In this document: one piece after another, positions 1 through 12,524 of the stretch
Layout: every line of letters starts with the position of its first letter
Position numbering within the stretch: the stretch's first letter is position 1
The notes under the pieces: model-generated
Told to the model about the DNA's origin: nothing
The model's input: the letters and a program-made list of their open reading frames with translations, nothing else
Databases searched by the model: none
DNA from: Prasinococcaceae sp. CCMP 1430
Taxonomy: Eukaryota > Plantae > Prasinodermophyta
Direction: 5' to 3'
Assembly: GCA_013416795.1 (NCBI GenBank)
Contig: RQSC01000757.1
Location: forward strand, 75,274 to 138,773
Length of the DNA: 63,500 bases
Made by a program: the position numbers and the translations under genes

Positions 1-801
1 AACGACGCAGAGGCGCTGGGCGCCGCCGCGGCCGCTGCGGCCGCGGCGCGCGGCAGCGCCGCTGGCGACGACGATGCGGGGGCGCGCACGGTGGTCGTGT
101 GCTCGACCGTGAACAATCCAACGGGCGGGCGCATGGGCGCGGCCGCGCTGCGCACCTTGCGCGATGCCTTGCCCTCCAGCACGCTGCTGGTGGTGGACGA
201 CGCCTACGCCGAGTTCGAAGCGGTGGGCGCGCGTGCGGGCGAGCCAGACGCTCTGGCGGTGCTGGTGGAGGGCGACGCTCGCGTCGACGGCGGGGGCGGC
301 GGCTGCCACCACTGGATCCTGTTGCGCACCTTCGCAAAGGCATGGGGACTGGCGGGCCTGCGCGTGGGCTACGCGCTCGCGTCGTCGGAGGAGGTGGCCG
401 GAGGGCTGCACCGCGCCAAGGGCGTCTTCCAGGTGAACGCATGCGCGCAGGCGGCCGCTGCAGCGGCACTGCGCGAGGGCGACGCGTGGATGTACGAGCG
501 CGTGCGCCACACGGTGGCCATGCGCGCGACGCTGCTCAGGAGGCTTCGTTCGCTGGGGCTGCCCACGCTGCCCGCGCACGCCAACTTCGTCTGCTTCGAC
601 GTGTGGCCGGCCAGCGCCGCGGAGGTAGCGACGCGTCTGGCCGAGGAGCGCGGCGTGCTCGTGTGCCCGTTGGGCGCGCTGCGTGGGGCCAACGGGTTGC
701 TGCTACGCGAGGCCGTGCGCGTGACCGTGGGCGACGAGGCGGACATCGAGGCCTTGCTCGAGGCGCTGCCGGCGGTCCTCGCGCTGCAGCCCGAGCGCTG
801 A
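1..801 (+). CDS. hisC: Histidinol-phosphate aminotransferase-like PLP enzyme (class I/II), 5'-truncated by the window edge
   Basis: Frame is open from base 1. Motifs VVDDAYAEF, LRTFAKAWGLAGLRVGY (PLP lysine), HANF and VRVTVG. Confidence 0.75.
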   Translation, partial: NDAEALGAAAAAAAAARGSAAGDDDAGARTVVVCSTVNNPTGGRMGAAALRTLRDALPSSTLLVVDDAYAEFEAVGARAGEPDALAVLVEGDARVDGGGGGCHHWILLRTFAKAWGLAGLRVGYALASSEEVAGGLHRAKGVFQVNACAQAAAAAALREGDAWMYERVRHTVAMRATLLRRLRSLGLPTLPAHANFVCFDVWPASAAEVATRLAEERGVLVCPLGALRGANGLLLREAVRVTVGDEADIEALLEALPAVLALQPER

Positions 802-1033
802 GCGCGCGCCCGCTCGCTGAGCGCGCGCCCGCGCGCCCGGGCATCCATCCATAATAGACCCTGCACGTGTGGGGCGCCTCCGCGCAGCGTCGAGGGGCGC
901 GCGTGCGAGCGCGCGCGTGTGCGAGTGCGCGCTTCCCCGGCGCAGCGGAACAAAAAAAATGGCCGCTTGTACGGCGCGGGCTCCGCGCGGGCTCGGCGCG
1001 GGCCGGCGCTCGCGCGCTCAGGACGTCAGCCGC

Positions 1034-1439
1034 CTACTCGAGGTCGGGCGCACGCCCGTAGGCGGCCTCCAGCTCGTGCGCGAGCATCTCGTGCAGCCTC
1101 CTCCCCGTGTGGGTGTACACCCATTGGCGCTCGGCCGGCGACCAATCGAAGCGGCTCGGCCCCGACACCGGCGAGCTCAGCCACAGCTGGCGGTTGGGCG
1201 TCTGCTTGTTGACAACGTACGTGCCCTTCTCGCCGAGCGTGAGCGTCAGCACGCCCATGGCGAGCGATATGTCGTAGCCTTCCACGTCCATGCCCTCGAG
1301 GAAGTCCTCGAGCGTCTCGCACATCCCCTCGAGCGTCTCATCCGCGATCGCGTGGTAGTCGGCCTCGCCCAGCGGCGCGTCGCCCCCGCCGCTCGCCCCC
1401 GCCGCGGGCGGCGCGGCGGCCGCCGCAAAGCCGCGCGGC
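1034..1439 (-). CDS. FXN: Frataxin (CyaY family), 3' part; N-terminus falls in the N-gap 1440-2172
   Basis: YHAIADETLE...GVLTLTLGEKGTYVVNKQTPNRQLWLSSPVSGPSRFDW...LHEMLAHEL is the frataxin signature. TAG stop at 1034-1036. Confidence 0.93.
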
Positions 1440-2172
1440 NNNNNNNNNNNNNNNNNNNNNNNNNNNNNNNNNNNNNNNNNNNNNNNNNNNNNNNNNNNNN
1501 NNNNNNNNNNNNNNNNNNNNNNNNNNNNNNNNNNNNNNNNNNNNNNNNNNNNNNNNNNNNNNNNNNNNNNNNNNNNNNNNNNNNNNNNNNNNNNNNNNNN
1601 NNNNNNNNNNNNNNNNNNNNNNNNNNNNNNNNNNNNNNNNNNNNNNNNNNNNNNNNNNNNNNNNNNNNNNNNNNNNNNNNNNNNNNNNNNNNNNNNNNNN
1701 NNNNNNNNNNNNNNNNNNNNNNNNNNNNNNNNNNNNNNNNNNNNNNNNNNNNNNNNNNNNNNNNNNNNNNNNNNNNNNNNNNNNNNNNNNNNNNNNNNNN
1801 NNNNNNNNNNNNNNNNNNNNNNNNNNNNNNNNNNNNNNNNNNNNNNNNNNNNNNNNNNNNNNNNNNNNNNNNNNNNNNNNNNNNNNNNNNNNNNNNNNNN
1901 NNNNNNNNNNNNNNNNNNNNNNNNNNNNNNNNNNNNNNNNNNNNNNNNNNNNNNNNNNNNNNNNNNNNNNNNNNNNNNNNNNNNNNNNNNNNNNNNNNNN
2001 NNNNNNNNNNNNNNNNNNNNNNNNNNNNNNNNNNNNNNNNNNNNNNNNNNNNNNNNNNNNNNNNNNNNNNNNNNNNNNNNNNNNNNNNNNNNNNNNNNNN
2101 NNNNNNNNNNNNNNNNNNNNNNNNNNNNNNNNNNNNNNNNNNNNNNNNNNNNNNNNNNNNNNNNNNNNNNNN

Positions 2173-4230
2173 TCGCGCTGGCGCAGGCGCGGGCGCAGGC
2201 GCTCCAAGCGGCCGCCGCGGTCGGGGAGCGCGAGCACGCGGCGGCCGAGCAGGAGCGCGAGCGCACCCAGGCGACGTCGCACGCGGAGGCTGCTGCCGCC
2301 GACGAGCGCGCCGCGCGGGCCAAGGCGCGCGCCAGGGAGTTAGCGGCGGCGCTCGAGGATAGCGAAAGCGTCAAATCCGCCGCCCGGGACCGGGTGATTG
2401 CGCTCGAGGGGGCGCTCGAGGAGGCGAGGAAAGAGACGCAGCGCTGGCGTGAGGGTGAGAAGGAGGCCGAGGCGACGATGCGGCAGCTGGAGAAGCGCGA
2501 GGCCGCCGCTGCGGCGTCAGAGCGCGCGGCGATTTCGCGCGCCGAGCGCGCTGAGCGCGAGTGCGCCGAACAAACCAAGCGCGCCGACGCCGCGGAGCGC
2601 CGCGCCGCGGACGCGGAAACGGCCGCGGCGGACGCCAAGGTCCGCGCGGCGGAGGAACGCGCGGCGGGGGCGCGCAGCGCAGAGAGCCGCGAATCGCTCG
2701 AGGCCCACGTGGCATCGCTCGAGAAAGAACGGCGCGCTCTGGCCGCGGAGGCCTGCGAGAGCGCCGCGCGCGCATCCGGCGCCGCTGCCGAGTGCGCGCA
2801 GGCGCGAGACAAGCTCGCGAGGGCGGAGGCACGACTTGCGGAGCTAGAGGCCGCCGATGAGGCACGCGCACGAAGGCAGCCTGTTGTCGCCATGGACGCC
2901 GAACCGAGCACAGTGCTTGCTGGCGCTCTGCCTGGGGTGGCTGAGCTCTCCGGCGCGGTCGCTGACGCGCACGCGGAGATCGCCGCGCTCGTCGCCGAGC
3001 GCGCCGAATCTGCGCGTCACGCGGTGGAGCAGCTCGTTTGGGAGCGCACAGCCGAGCTCTCAGCGGTGCAGGGCGCGGCGGAGGAGCGCATGAGGCAGCT
3101 CGGAGAGTCGCAGGCGGCGCTGGAAGGCACTGTCGCTCAGGCGCGCGAAGTACAGGCAGAGGGGATCGCGCGCCGCGATGCGCGCATCGAAGAGCTGTCT
3201 ACTCGCTGCCATGAGCTCACGCAGGAGAACGCCAAGCTCCGCGACAGGCTCCGGCGGCTCACGTGCGGGCTTCAGGGGGGTGCGCCCGCGCCCGCGCCTG
3301 CACCCGTGCGGGCGCCCGTGCCGGCGCGCCCGCCCGCCCGCGCAGGCGCTGAATCCCACCGAGGACTCGACTGGCGGCCTGCGGGGTTGGGATGCTGCGG
3401 CCCCGAAGGCGTGCCCATTGCTGCGCGCGTCGGAGCGAGCGCGCGGCGCAAGCTGTTGACGAAGAAGACCGCGAAGCGCGCGAGCGCAGGCGTGGGCTCA
3501 GGCGCGGTTGGTTCAAAGGCGGCTGCCGATGCGCATGTTGGGCGGACGGCTCGCTCAGCCAAGGCCCACTCGCGCGCTGCGCGGATGCCTGCAAGTCCCT
3601 CCGAGGCGCGCCCCGTGAGTGCGCAGGCGCGGGCTGCCAAGGCAAAGGTGAGAAGCATAGGCGCTCCCGCCACACTTGCGAACACCCACGGAGCGTGCGA
3701 GCGTGGCCGGAGCCGCTCGCGCATGCATCGCGCGCTCTGACACGTTCGGTGCGGATGCCTGCTCGCCCATCGCAGATGGCCTCAAAACGCATGGCTTCCG
3801 CAATCGGCCCAACTCTGTCGTCTGCACAGAAGAGCGGCGGGCGCGCGGGCGCTCGACGACGTGCTTCGGGTCAACACACACGGTGCCGCGGCATCTCACG
3901 GACGGGAGCGCGCCGCAGGCCACGGGTGGAAAGAAGAAGCGAAAACCGCTGTCGACGAAGAAAAAGAAGAAGAAAGGCACCATGGGGACAGGCATGGCCA
4001 CGAGTGCGCCGACGACCGGTGCCATCGAGCGCACGGAGCTCGAGTCGGTCATCGCCGCACTCGAAGAGGATTACCACGCGGAGCAGGCGCGCTACGTAGA
4101 GGCAGTGGAAGCGGCGGGCGGCGCGAGCGTTGGGCCCATCGTGTTGGACCACGACGCTCTGCGTGATGCGTCGGAGCAGCTCAGCCTCAAGTCGTGGCAG
4201 CTGAGCACGCTGAGGGCGCTGACATCGTAG
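2173..4230 (+). CDS. Large coiled-coil protein of unknown function, probably multi-exon, 5' end in the gap
   Basis: Ala/Glu/Arg heptad-rich frame open from 2175 to about 3260. A further coding-like segment at about 3778-4230 carries a poly-Lys tract and ERTELESVIAALEEDY. Exon joins are not firmly resolved. Confidence 0.5.
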
Positions 4231-5507
4231 AGGGCCTTGGCTTGGCGCCTAGCATGCCCTCGGATTGTACACATACACCTTTTTTGTACAAGGCACGCGC
4301 GCGCGCGCGCCGTGAGAGAGATGAGGGGCTCACAGGGGAGCGCCTGCGCGCGCGGCGCACGGTTTCTCGTCCGCCGTGATGGCCCACGCGCTCGCGCGGA
4401 TGGGCGCGCTGAGCAGATTGCGGGAGACCGCCTCGGAGAACGGCCACTGCGATTCGCCCACGCCGGCGGCCATGCCTGTGGCGGGGGCGCTGGCGGCGTC
4501 AGCTCGCGCCACCATCGCACGTGCGTGCGCGGGCGCCCTCGCGCACGCACGTACCTTTCGCAGTTGCCGGACGCTTGAAGGTATGCAAAATGCCAACGGC
4601 TTCATTCGGCGCAGTCTCGAGGAGCGAGGCAGAGCCTGCGAGAAGTGGACCTTCACGCGCGCCGCGCACCGCGCTCCATGCGTCAGAGGCATCAGATCGC
4701 GCGCCAGCGGGTAGACGTGGAGGCGCGCACGCGCGCGCGCGCACCTGCAACGGACGCGGTCACGCCAAACGCGCTGTGGAAGCGGTCGGAGGTGCTGCTA
4801 CCAAAGCCCGTCTGCCAGTCTTCGTACGAGGTGGAGCCCAGCCCGGATGTCGACAGCAACGCGCCTGCGGTGACGAGATCGACTCCATCTACGCTCTGTG
4901 CGCGGGAGCACGGCTCGGCGAGGCCGTCCTCGCGCGCATCCGCGCGCGCGCCGAGCGGCAGGTAGCGCGGGTCTCCCCGTACCACCGATGCGCGCACCAA
5001 GTCAACGCGCCACCTGTCGGCGTCCTCAACCTCCGCGTAGAACGCACGCGTCTTGTCGGCGTCGCGCGAATCAATAACTACGCAGGCACCCGCGCCGCCC
5101 GTGGAGGCACTCAGCGCGAGCGCGCGGAGGGCGCACGGCGGCACCGGTGCCCGCGGCAGCGCCCCCTCAGCGTTCTCTCGCGCCTCCCCGGAGGTGACGA
5201 TTGCGAGGACAGTGTCACCCGGCAGCGCGATCGTCGCCGCTCCCGGCGCGAGCGACTCGAGCGAGGGCTCGTCCGCACCGCCGAGCGGCCCCGCCAGCGC
5301 GCGTGTGGCACCCCCACCGGCGACGCCCATCACTGCAGCAAGTAGCACGCCCCGCCTGGCCTCCAGCGCCGAGTCAGCCGCGCGGAGCTCGCCGCCGCCA
5401 CCGCCGCCGCCGCGGCCGGACAGGCGGGGAGCCGCGCCCGCCGCGCCCGCCGCGCCCGCCGCGCCCGCCGCTGCCGCCATCGCTCCATTCCAGGCGCGCG
5501 AGGCCAT
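4187..5507 (-). CDS. Putative plastid/thylakoid-targeted protein with a degenerate class I SAM-methyltransferase-like segment
   Basis: ATG at 5507, Ala/Gly-rich presequence, then RRGVLLAAVMGVAGGGATRALA. Core CVVIDS...VVRGDPRYLPL...SVDGVDLVTAGALL. In-frame GT-AG intron 4651-4744 and a second donor GTACGT at 4554. The last exon is uncertain. Confidence 0.45.
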
Positions 5508-5957
5508 CGTGTCAACCCCTTGGCCCCCCCTCGCGCCACGCGACGCAGGAGGGCCGCCGTGTGGACAGACAGGCACGTGCGGGCGCCCCGCTGCCCAGCG
5601 GGGGCGGCAGCGGGTAGTTACGGGCGGATAGGTATACCCTAAACTTAAAACCTCAAAGCGACAAAGAGCTGTACCCTAACCTGAGGGTCTGACCATTGTT
5701 AGTTTCCGGGGGCGCGTACGAACGCGGCCGCGCGCGCCCGCCTGCGGGCGCCACTGCGCGCGCCGCCGCAAGCACGTACAGCGGCACCGCCTCGAGCAGC
5801 CGCGCCAGCCGCGGCGCGCGCCGGCGCGGAGCGCCTGGCGGCGCGCGACCTGACGAGGAGCTTTGTATCGACCGACCTCCCCAGCCGCGCGCGACTGCGC
5901 GTCCTCGCGCCCGCGAGCAAGCGCTCGCGGATCGGCGAGCTGCGCCCAAGGATCGGC

Positions 5958-6536
5958 GTGGCTGGAGGCGTCAATGCCAAGCGCGCGCGCAAGCGCAGCG
6001 CAGTCGTGGGACTGGCGCGCTCGCCTGCAGCTGTCGTGAGCCATGTGCTCGCCGACGTGTCCCCTGTGCTCGCGGTCAACTCCACCAGCAAGTTGTACAC
6101 GCCCGCAGAACTCCTCTCTCCCCCCTCCTCGCCCATCAGCACCGCCGCGGGCAAGGCGCGAGCAGGTTCCGGATCCGGCGGCGGTGCCGCCGGCGGCAGC
6201 GAGGGCGTGCATGCGACCGCCGACGCTTACGCCGGCATCTCCACTATGCTTACGATCTTTGCAATGGTCATGTGCTGCGCGACATTGGGCGTGGCCGCTG
6301 GCGCGTTGATCGAACACAGCGGCCTCAACCTCAGCCTCTTCTACGGGGGCATCAGCGAGAGCGCCGCGACGGCGTGCGCCGCTGCTGGCGCGTACGTCGC
6401 GGCCGCGTACGCGTACGCAAGAAACAGCATAGCTCGGCGGGCGGACTTCTTTTGTGAGGTGCTCTGCCCGTACTCGGACAGCTGGCAGGAGATGGACAGG
6501 GTGCACGCGACCATGTGGCGCCAGTGCGGCTGTTGA
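5958..6536 (+). CDS. Hypothetical membrane protein (192 aa)
   Basis: ATG-initiated ORF with a Ser/Pro-rich N-half, a hydrophobic segment MLTIFAMVMCCATLGVAAGALI and a C-terminal CGC. Confidence 0.55.
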   Translation: MAGGVNAKRARKRSAVVGLARSPAAVVSHVLADVSPVLAVNSTSKLYTPAELLSPPSSPISTAAGKARAGSGSGGGAAGGSEGVHATADAYAGISTMLTIFAMVMCCATLGVAAGALIEHSGLNLSLFYGGISESAATACAAAGAYVAAAYAYARNSIARRADFFCEVLCPYSDSWQEMDRVHATMWRQCGC

Positions 6537-6771
6537 CGCCAGCAAGACGGACCCGCACCCGCGGCCGCCAGCGAGCGAGCCGCCCATTGTACTAATATTC
6601 CGACGCATGGACCGCAGACTGCGCAAACGGACGCCGCCGCACACACACGCACGCGCGTGTGCATACTTCGCGTGTACAATAACATATGGAGACGCTGTCA
6701 ATTATCGAGCATATGTCGCGCATGCCGCCGGCCACGCGCCGCAGAATCCGTCCTCGATCCTCACACTCGCG

Positions 6772-9730
6772 TCAGTGCATGTCCGATGCGTAAGCAGTCG
6801 GCTTGAGCGTCGACCTGTCCCTGTCACCGGCACCGCCGAGCGAGCCGCGCGTGATGCCCTGTGCGCGTCCACTGCCATCACGCACGCCCTCCAGCGCGTG
6901 CCAAAGCTCGTCCTCGTCAAGGTCGCCCATGAGCAGTCCCCTGAAGCCTTCCAGGATCATTCTGGTGTCCGCGGGCGACTCGTCGACGAGCTCAATGCGC
7001 AGGCTGCCAAAACCCGCATCGGCGAGTGCGCGCGCGTCGCGCGCACCGCTCTGCGCCTTGGCGCTGAACACCGTGTTTCTGCAGCCCTGGTCGGCGAGCA
7101 CCAGGTGCTCGAGGCCCGTGTCGTCGCGAATGCGCACGCTGTGCCGCTCGCAGGGCTCGCCGCAATTAGATCGATTGTCGCCGTCGGACAAGAAGCGACA
7201 GAACACGCAGTGCTCCGTGTGGAAGACCGGCAGGTGCTGCCACACCACCGCCTCGAGAGCGATGGCACCATCGCCCAGGGCGTGCGCCACGCCGCGCAGC
7301 TGCTGCGCACTCAGGTCGTGCGTGAGGCACAGGCGGTCGAGGTTGCCGCGCGTGAGCATCTGCCCGGCACTGATCGCGTTGGCGGCGTTCAGTGAGAAGT
7401 CCCCGTGCAGCCGCGGGATGCGCAGCGCGGGGCCAGCTCCGCCATCGCCACCGCTTCCGTTCTCTTGCAGCGTGGCCCCCGCACCTCCCAGCTCCACGAG
7501 CGTTTGCAAGAGTCCCGCAGAGCGTACCAGGAGCGCGTCGGGCTGCAGCCGGACGTAGAAGCGCCACAAATGCTCCTCCCGCGGCTTGATCACTCGCGGC
7601 GTGGCCACACACACACGCTTGCCAGCGTCTCGCACAGCAGCGACCGTTTCGCTCAGGCCGTGCACTTCGAGAAAGTCGAGGCAGATCTCATGCACCCAAG
7701 GAAGAGCGCTGGCAGCGATCGCCTGCTCATGCGTGCGGCAGAGCACAGTGAGCGCCGGCGCGTCGACGCGGCCCACGTGCGAGCTCGATGCGGCCTGAGC
7801 GCCCTCGTCGCCACCAGCGAGATGCGCGCTGGTCCTCATCGCATCCATGGCAGCCTCAGTCACCATTGCGGAGGCTTCGCCCGGCGGAGCAGCCGCCGTG
7901 ACACCAGCGGTAACGCGGCTCGTTTCCGCAGCCTCCAGCGCCTCCACCAGCGCACGCGAAGCCTCGCGCCGGACGGATTTGAGCTCCTTCGCGGGAAGAA
8001 AGAGCATGTCGGCATCGGCGACCCCAGCCCCATCAGCATCGTCTGTATCTCTCAGCAGCCCCACCACCTCGGACAAATCCACGCCACCTTCCACGAGCGT
8101 CAGTGTCGTCGCGCCGAGCGCACCGATTGCGCTCTTGAGCTTGCCCTCGCTCAGTGCAGCTTTCGGGGATTGCGCCGATTGCAGCGGGCTCGATGTGCTC
8201 GCTGTCGAGCTGATGCCGGTACGCTCGTCGACGTAAGTGATGCGTAGGGGTTCACCCACTACGCCGGCGGCGCGCGCTTGCACTGCGCGCCCACCTACGG
8301 CGCCGCGGCCGCTCTCCGATGCCAGCTTGCGCAGCTCCTTGGTGAGCACCACGTCCGATGTGCACCACACCAGATCGCCGGGACTCACTCTCGAGCCATC
8401 CACTGCACCGCGTCCGAATTCGAGCGTGACCTGCTTTCCCTCCTTGCCCTGCTCGTACACCCCGTACAGCGCGCCGCCCTCCTCATCGGCGGTGGCCGCC
8501 TGCCCGCCCGCCGCGATGACCACCCCGTCGCCCGCGCGCGGCACACGCGCGCCCTCGGCGACGCGCACGTCCAGCCGTACACTCGCGCCCTTTGAGACAC
8601 GCGCGACCGTGCCAACGAGGGAGCCTCTGTGCCTCGGCGCGACCCCTCGCACCAGGCGCTGATGCTTGCTGCCCTCGAGGAAGCCCGGCGTGAGGCCGCG
8701 GTGCTCCGCATCCTGGCCGCGGGCGAAGGTCTGCTCAAGCGCGCGCCAGCGCTCGCGCGGCAGCGGCGCGCGCGCTGCCAGCAGCGTGTCGAAGCCCGCA
8801 ACAGCCGAGGCAGTGAGCTCGCCCGAACGCAGCTGGACGCTGGCGGTGTGCCCTGCCGCCGGCCGCGAGTCCTCGGGCGCCTCGACGGCGCCGCTGCGCA
8901 CCAGCTCCTCCCAGGCGCTGTCGACGGCCTCCCTGTAGGTCCTGGTCGTGAGGGCGACGTACTCCGGGCCTTTGAGCCTGCCCTCGATCTTCAGACACGT
9001 GACGCCAGCGGCAATGAGAGCCGGCACGTGCTCGGCGCCCGCTAGGTCCTGCGGCGAGAGCAGGTACGAGCGGTCGGCCGACATGTCCAGCTGGCCGTCG
9101 ACGACCAGGCCGTACGGCAGTCGGCACGCCTGCGCGCACTGTCCCCTGTTGGCGCTCCTCCCGCCCCATGCCTCGCTGCTGAAGCACTGGCCCGAGTAGC
9201 TCACGCAGAGCGCGCCGTGCACGAACGCTTCCACCTCTGCGCCGGTGCCTGCGGCGGTGCGCGCGATTTCCTCCACGGAGAGCTCTCGCCCGACCACGAC
9301 GCGGTGGCAGCCGAGCGCCTCGGCGAAGCGCGCGCCCGCGCCGCTCGCGACGCTCATCTGCGTCGAACCGTGCAGGGCGACCGAGGGCGCCACGCGCGCG
9401 GCGAGTGCCGCCGCGCCCACGTCCTGCACGATGAACGCATCCACGCCCGCCGCAGCCGCGGCGCGCATGAGCTCCTCTGCGTCGGCGAGCTCCTCGTCAA
9501 ACACGAGCACGTTGAGCGTCACGAAGCCGCGCACGCCCCTGGCGTGCACGTACTCCATCACCGCCGGCAGCTCCTCGAGCGAGAAGTTTGTCGCGCGCGC
9601 GCGCGCGTTCAGGCGGTCAAGGCCAAAGTACACCGCATCGGCGCCGTTGGCGCACGCCGCCTCGAGCTGCGCCCAGCCGCCCGCGGGCGCCAGCACCTCG
9701 GGGCGCCGCACCGCGCGCGGCGCCGCGGCA
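6772..9730 (-). CDS. Peptidase U32 family protein, RlhA/YdcP-like long form (U32 + DUF3656-like + second degenerate U32 domain); N-terminus in the gap
   Basis: RPEVLAPAG...GADAVYFG...NARARATNF; EAFVHGALCVSYSGQCFSS...SANRGQCAQACRLPY (four conserved Cys); KIEGRLKGPEYV; C-terminal HTEHCVFC...NCGEPC and LRIELVDE. Confidence 0.88.
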
Positions 9731-10256
9731 NNNNNNNNNNNNNNNNNNNNNNNNNNNNNNNNNNNNNNNNNNNNNNNNNNNNNNNNNNNNNNNNNNNNNN
9801 NNNNNNNNNNNNNNNNNNNNNNNNNNNNNNNNNNNNNNNNNNNNNNNNNNNNNNNNNNNNNNNNNNNNNNNNNNNNNNNNNNNNNNNNNNNNNNNNNNNN
9901 NNNNNNNNNNNNNNNNNNNNNNNNNNNNNNNNNNNNNNNNNNNNNNNNNNNNNNNNNNNNNNNNNNNNNNNNNNNNNNNNNNNNNNNNNNNNNNNNNNNN
10001 NNNNNNNNNNNNNNNNNNNNNNNNNNNNNNNNNNNNNNNNNNNNNNNNNNNNNNNNNNNNNNNNNNNNNNNNNNNNNNNNNNNNNNNNNNNNNNNNNNNN
10101 NNNNNNNNNNNNNNNNNNNNNNNNNNNNNNNNNNNNNNNNNNNNNNNNNNNNNNNNNNNNNNNNNNNNNNNNNNNNNNNNNNNNNNNNNNNNNNNNNNNN
10201 NNNNNNNNNNNNNNNNNNNNNNNNNNNNNNNNNNNNNNNNNNNNNNNNNNNNNNNN

Positions 10257-10859
10257 GGCGCGCCGCGGCGGCCGCCGCGTCGGAGCTGCGCACGGTGGCC
10301 GACACCGCTGGAGCGGTGCTGCTGCTCGAGGGCGTCGCGCTGCGCGCGGGCGCGGCCGAGCTGCTGTCGGGAGCCAGCCTTCGCGTCACCAAGGGGCAGC
10401 ACTACGCCATCGTGGGGCCTAACGGAGCGGGCAAGAGCACGCTCCTGAACGCAATCGCGGGCACCAACGACGCGCAGACCGACGGCAGCATCAAGCTGCA
10501 CCCGAGCGCGCGCATGGCCTTCCTGCGGCAGACGGCCGTCGCCGGCTCGACGGCGACGGTGATCGACGAGGCGAACTCGCTGTCGCCCGTCGCCGCCGCC
10601 ACGCAGCGCGTGCGCGCCGCCGAGGCGGCGCTCGAGGCGGCGAGCGAGGACAAGGCGATGGAGGCGGCCACGGAGGCCGCGGAGGCGTACGAGGCGCTGG
10701 AGGCCCTCGGCGGCGAGGAGGCGGGCGAGGCGCGCGCCGCGCGCGTGCTCAAGGGGTTGGGCTTCTCTGACGCCGACCTCCAGCGCGGCTGCGACACCTT
10801 CAGCGGCGGCTGGCAGATGCGCATCGGCCTCGCAAAGGTGCTGCTCCAAGAGGCCGACC

Positions 10860-10896
<37 letters not shown>

Positions 10897-12406
10897 TGCG
10901 GCCAAGGCCTGGCTGGCCCAGTACCTGCGCGACTACGACAACGCCTTCGTCCTCGTGTCACACGACGCGCCGCTCATGGACGTGGCCTGCACGCACGTGG
11001 CGGAGGTGTCGCAGAAGCGGCTCACGGCGTACGCCGGCGGCTGGACGGCCTTCCAGACGCTGCGCGCGGAGAAGATGAACAACGACCGCGCCGAGCTCGA
11101 AAAGCTCGACAAGGAGGCCGCCGACCTCGAGGGATTCATCCGCCGCTTCGGCGCCAAGGCCACCATGGCGGCACAGGCCAATTCGCGCAAGCTTCGGCTC
11201 GAGAAACTCAACGTGCGCCGCGACGAGCTGCGAGCCGTGGTGGCGTCCGACCGTCAGGCGGCCATCGCGTCGGAAGCGGCCGAGGCGGCCAAGGAGGACG
11301 GCGACGACGCCGAGGCGTCGCTCGCGCTGGTGGGTTCCAACCGCATGGGCGTCAAGCTGCACCGCCCGCCGCGCTCCATGCGCGAGCAGCTGGTCGTCAA
11401 GAACGCGGCGATCGGTCACGCGGGCGGGCCGGGCGCGTCGGCCGAGGACGCCGTGCTGCGCGACGTGAGCTTCACGCTCGAACGGCACATGCGCGTGGCC
11501 GTGCTGGGCCCCAACGGCGCTGGCAAGTCCACTCTCCTCCACAGCCTGGCTGGGCGGCTTCCACTGCACGGCGGCAGCACCAGCAGGGGCGAGGGCGCGG
11601 AGATAGGGCTCTTCACGCAGGACCTCGCGCAGGATTTGCCCATGGAGGAGTGCGCGGCCGACTACGTTCTGGGCTGCATGCCGGTGGGCGCGCTGACGTA
11701 CCAGGAGGCGCGCAACGCGTGCGGCGGCCTCGGCCTGGCAGGCGACTCGGCGAGCAGGCCGCTCAACCAGCTGAGCGGCGGTGAGAAGGCGCGCGCGGCG
11801 CTGGCGGCGTTCGTCGTGACGCCGCACACCACTTGCCTCTTCGATGAGCCGAGCAACCATCTCGACCCGCCCGCCATCGAGGCGCTCGCCAAGGGCCTGT
11901 ACGACTACGGTGAGGCGGGGGGGTGCGTCGTGGTGTCGAGCCACGCGGAGGCGTTCATGCGCGCGCTTCAGCCCACGCACGTGCTGCGAGTGGGGAACGG
12001 CACGGCCACGCTCACCCGCGCCCCCCCCGCGGACCACGAGTGGCCGTCCGCGAGCGCTGGCGAGATGACCAAGCGCGTGGACGCCCCACCCGCGCCCTTG
12101 AAGCGGGGAGGCAAGGTCACGAAGGCGGATGCGGAGGCCGCCGCCCCCCGCGACGACCCGCCGGCGGCGCCCGCACTCGACGCCAAGGAGGCGAAGAAGG
12201 CGCGCAACAGACTCCAGACCGTGACGAAGAGGATGGCGGCCCTCGAGACGAAGATCGCCGCCCTCGACGAGGAGATGGCCGCCATGGGCTCCGACGTGGG
12301 CGCCATCGCCGAGGTGTCCGCCGCGCAGGAGGCCGCCAGGGCGGAGCTCGCTGAGCTCGAGGAGGAGTGGTTCGAGCTCGAGGAGAGGCTCGCCGTCGCC
12401 GCCTGA
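10257..12406 (+). CDS. ABC-F family soluble ATPase (two NBDs, C-terminal coiled coil); N-terminus in the gap
   Basis: Two Walker A motifs GPNGAGKST, signatures FSGGWQMR and LSGGEKAR, DEPTNHLD and DEPSNHLD. No transmembrane domains. Confidence 0.93.
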
Positions 12407-12524
12407 GCGCCCGCCCTTGTAAAGTAGCAATTGCGCAGAGTACCGCGCGCGCGCGCAGGCCCCACAGCGTCCACTGGTCGCCGAGCTCACCTCTGGCACC
12501 GGCACCATCCGATTCTGAATGCAG

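Noticed and set aside
6772-12406. ORF-track proteins of 1206 aa (6772-10392) and 1053 aa (9245-12406) spanning the N-gap
   Set aside because: These are artefacts of translating through Ns. The parts beyond the gap are antisense of the neighbouring gene. The same applies to 1034-2911.
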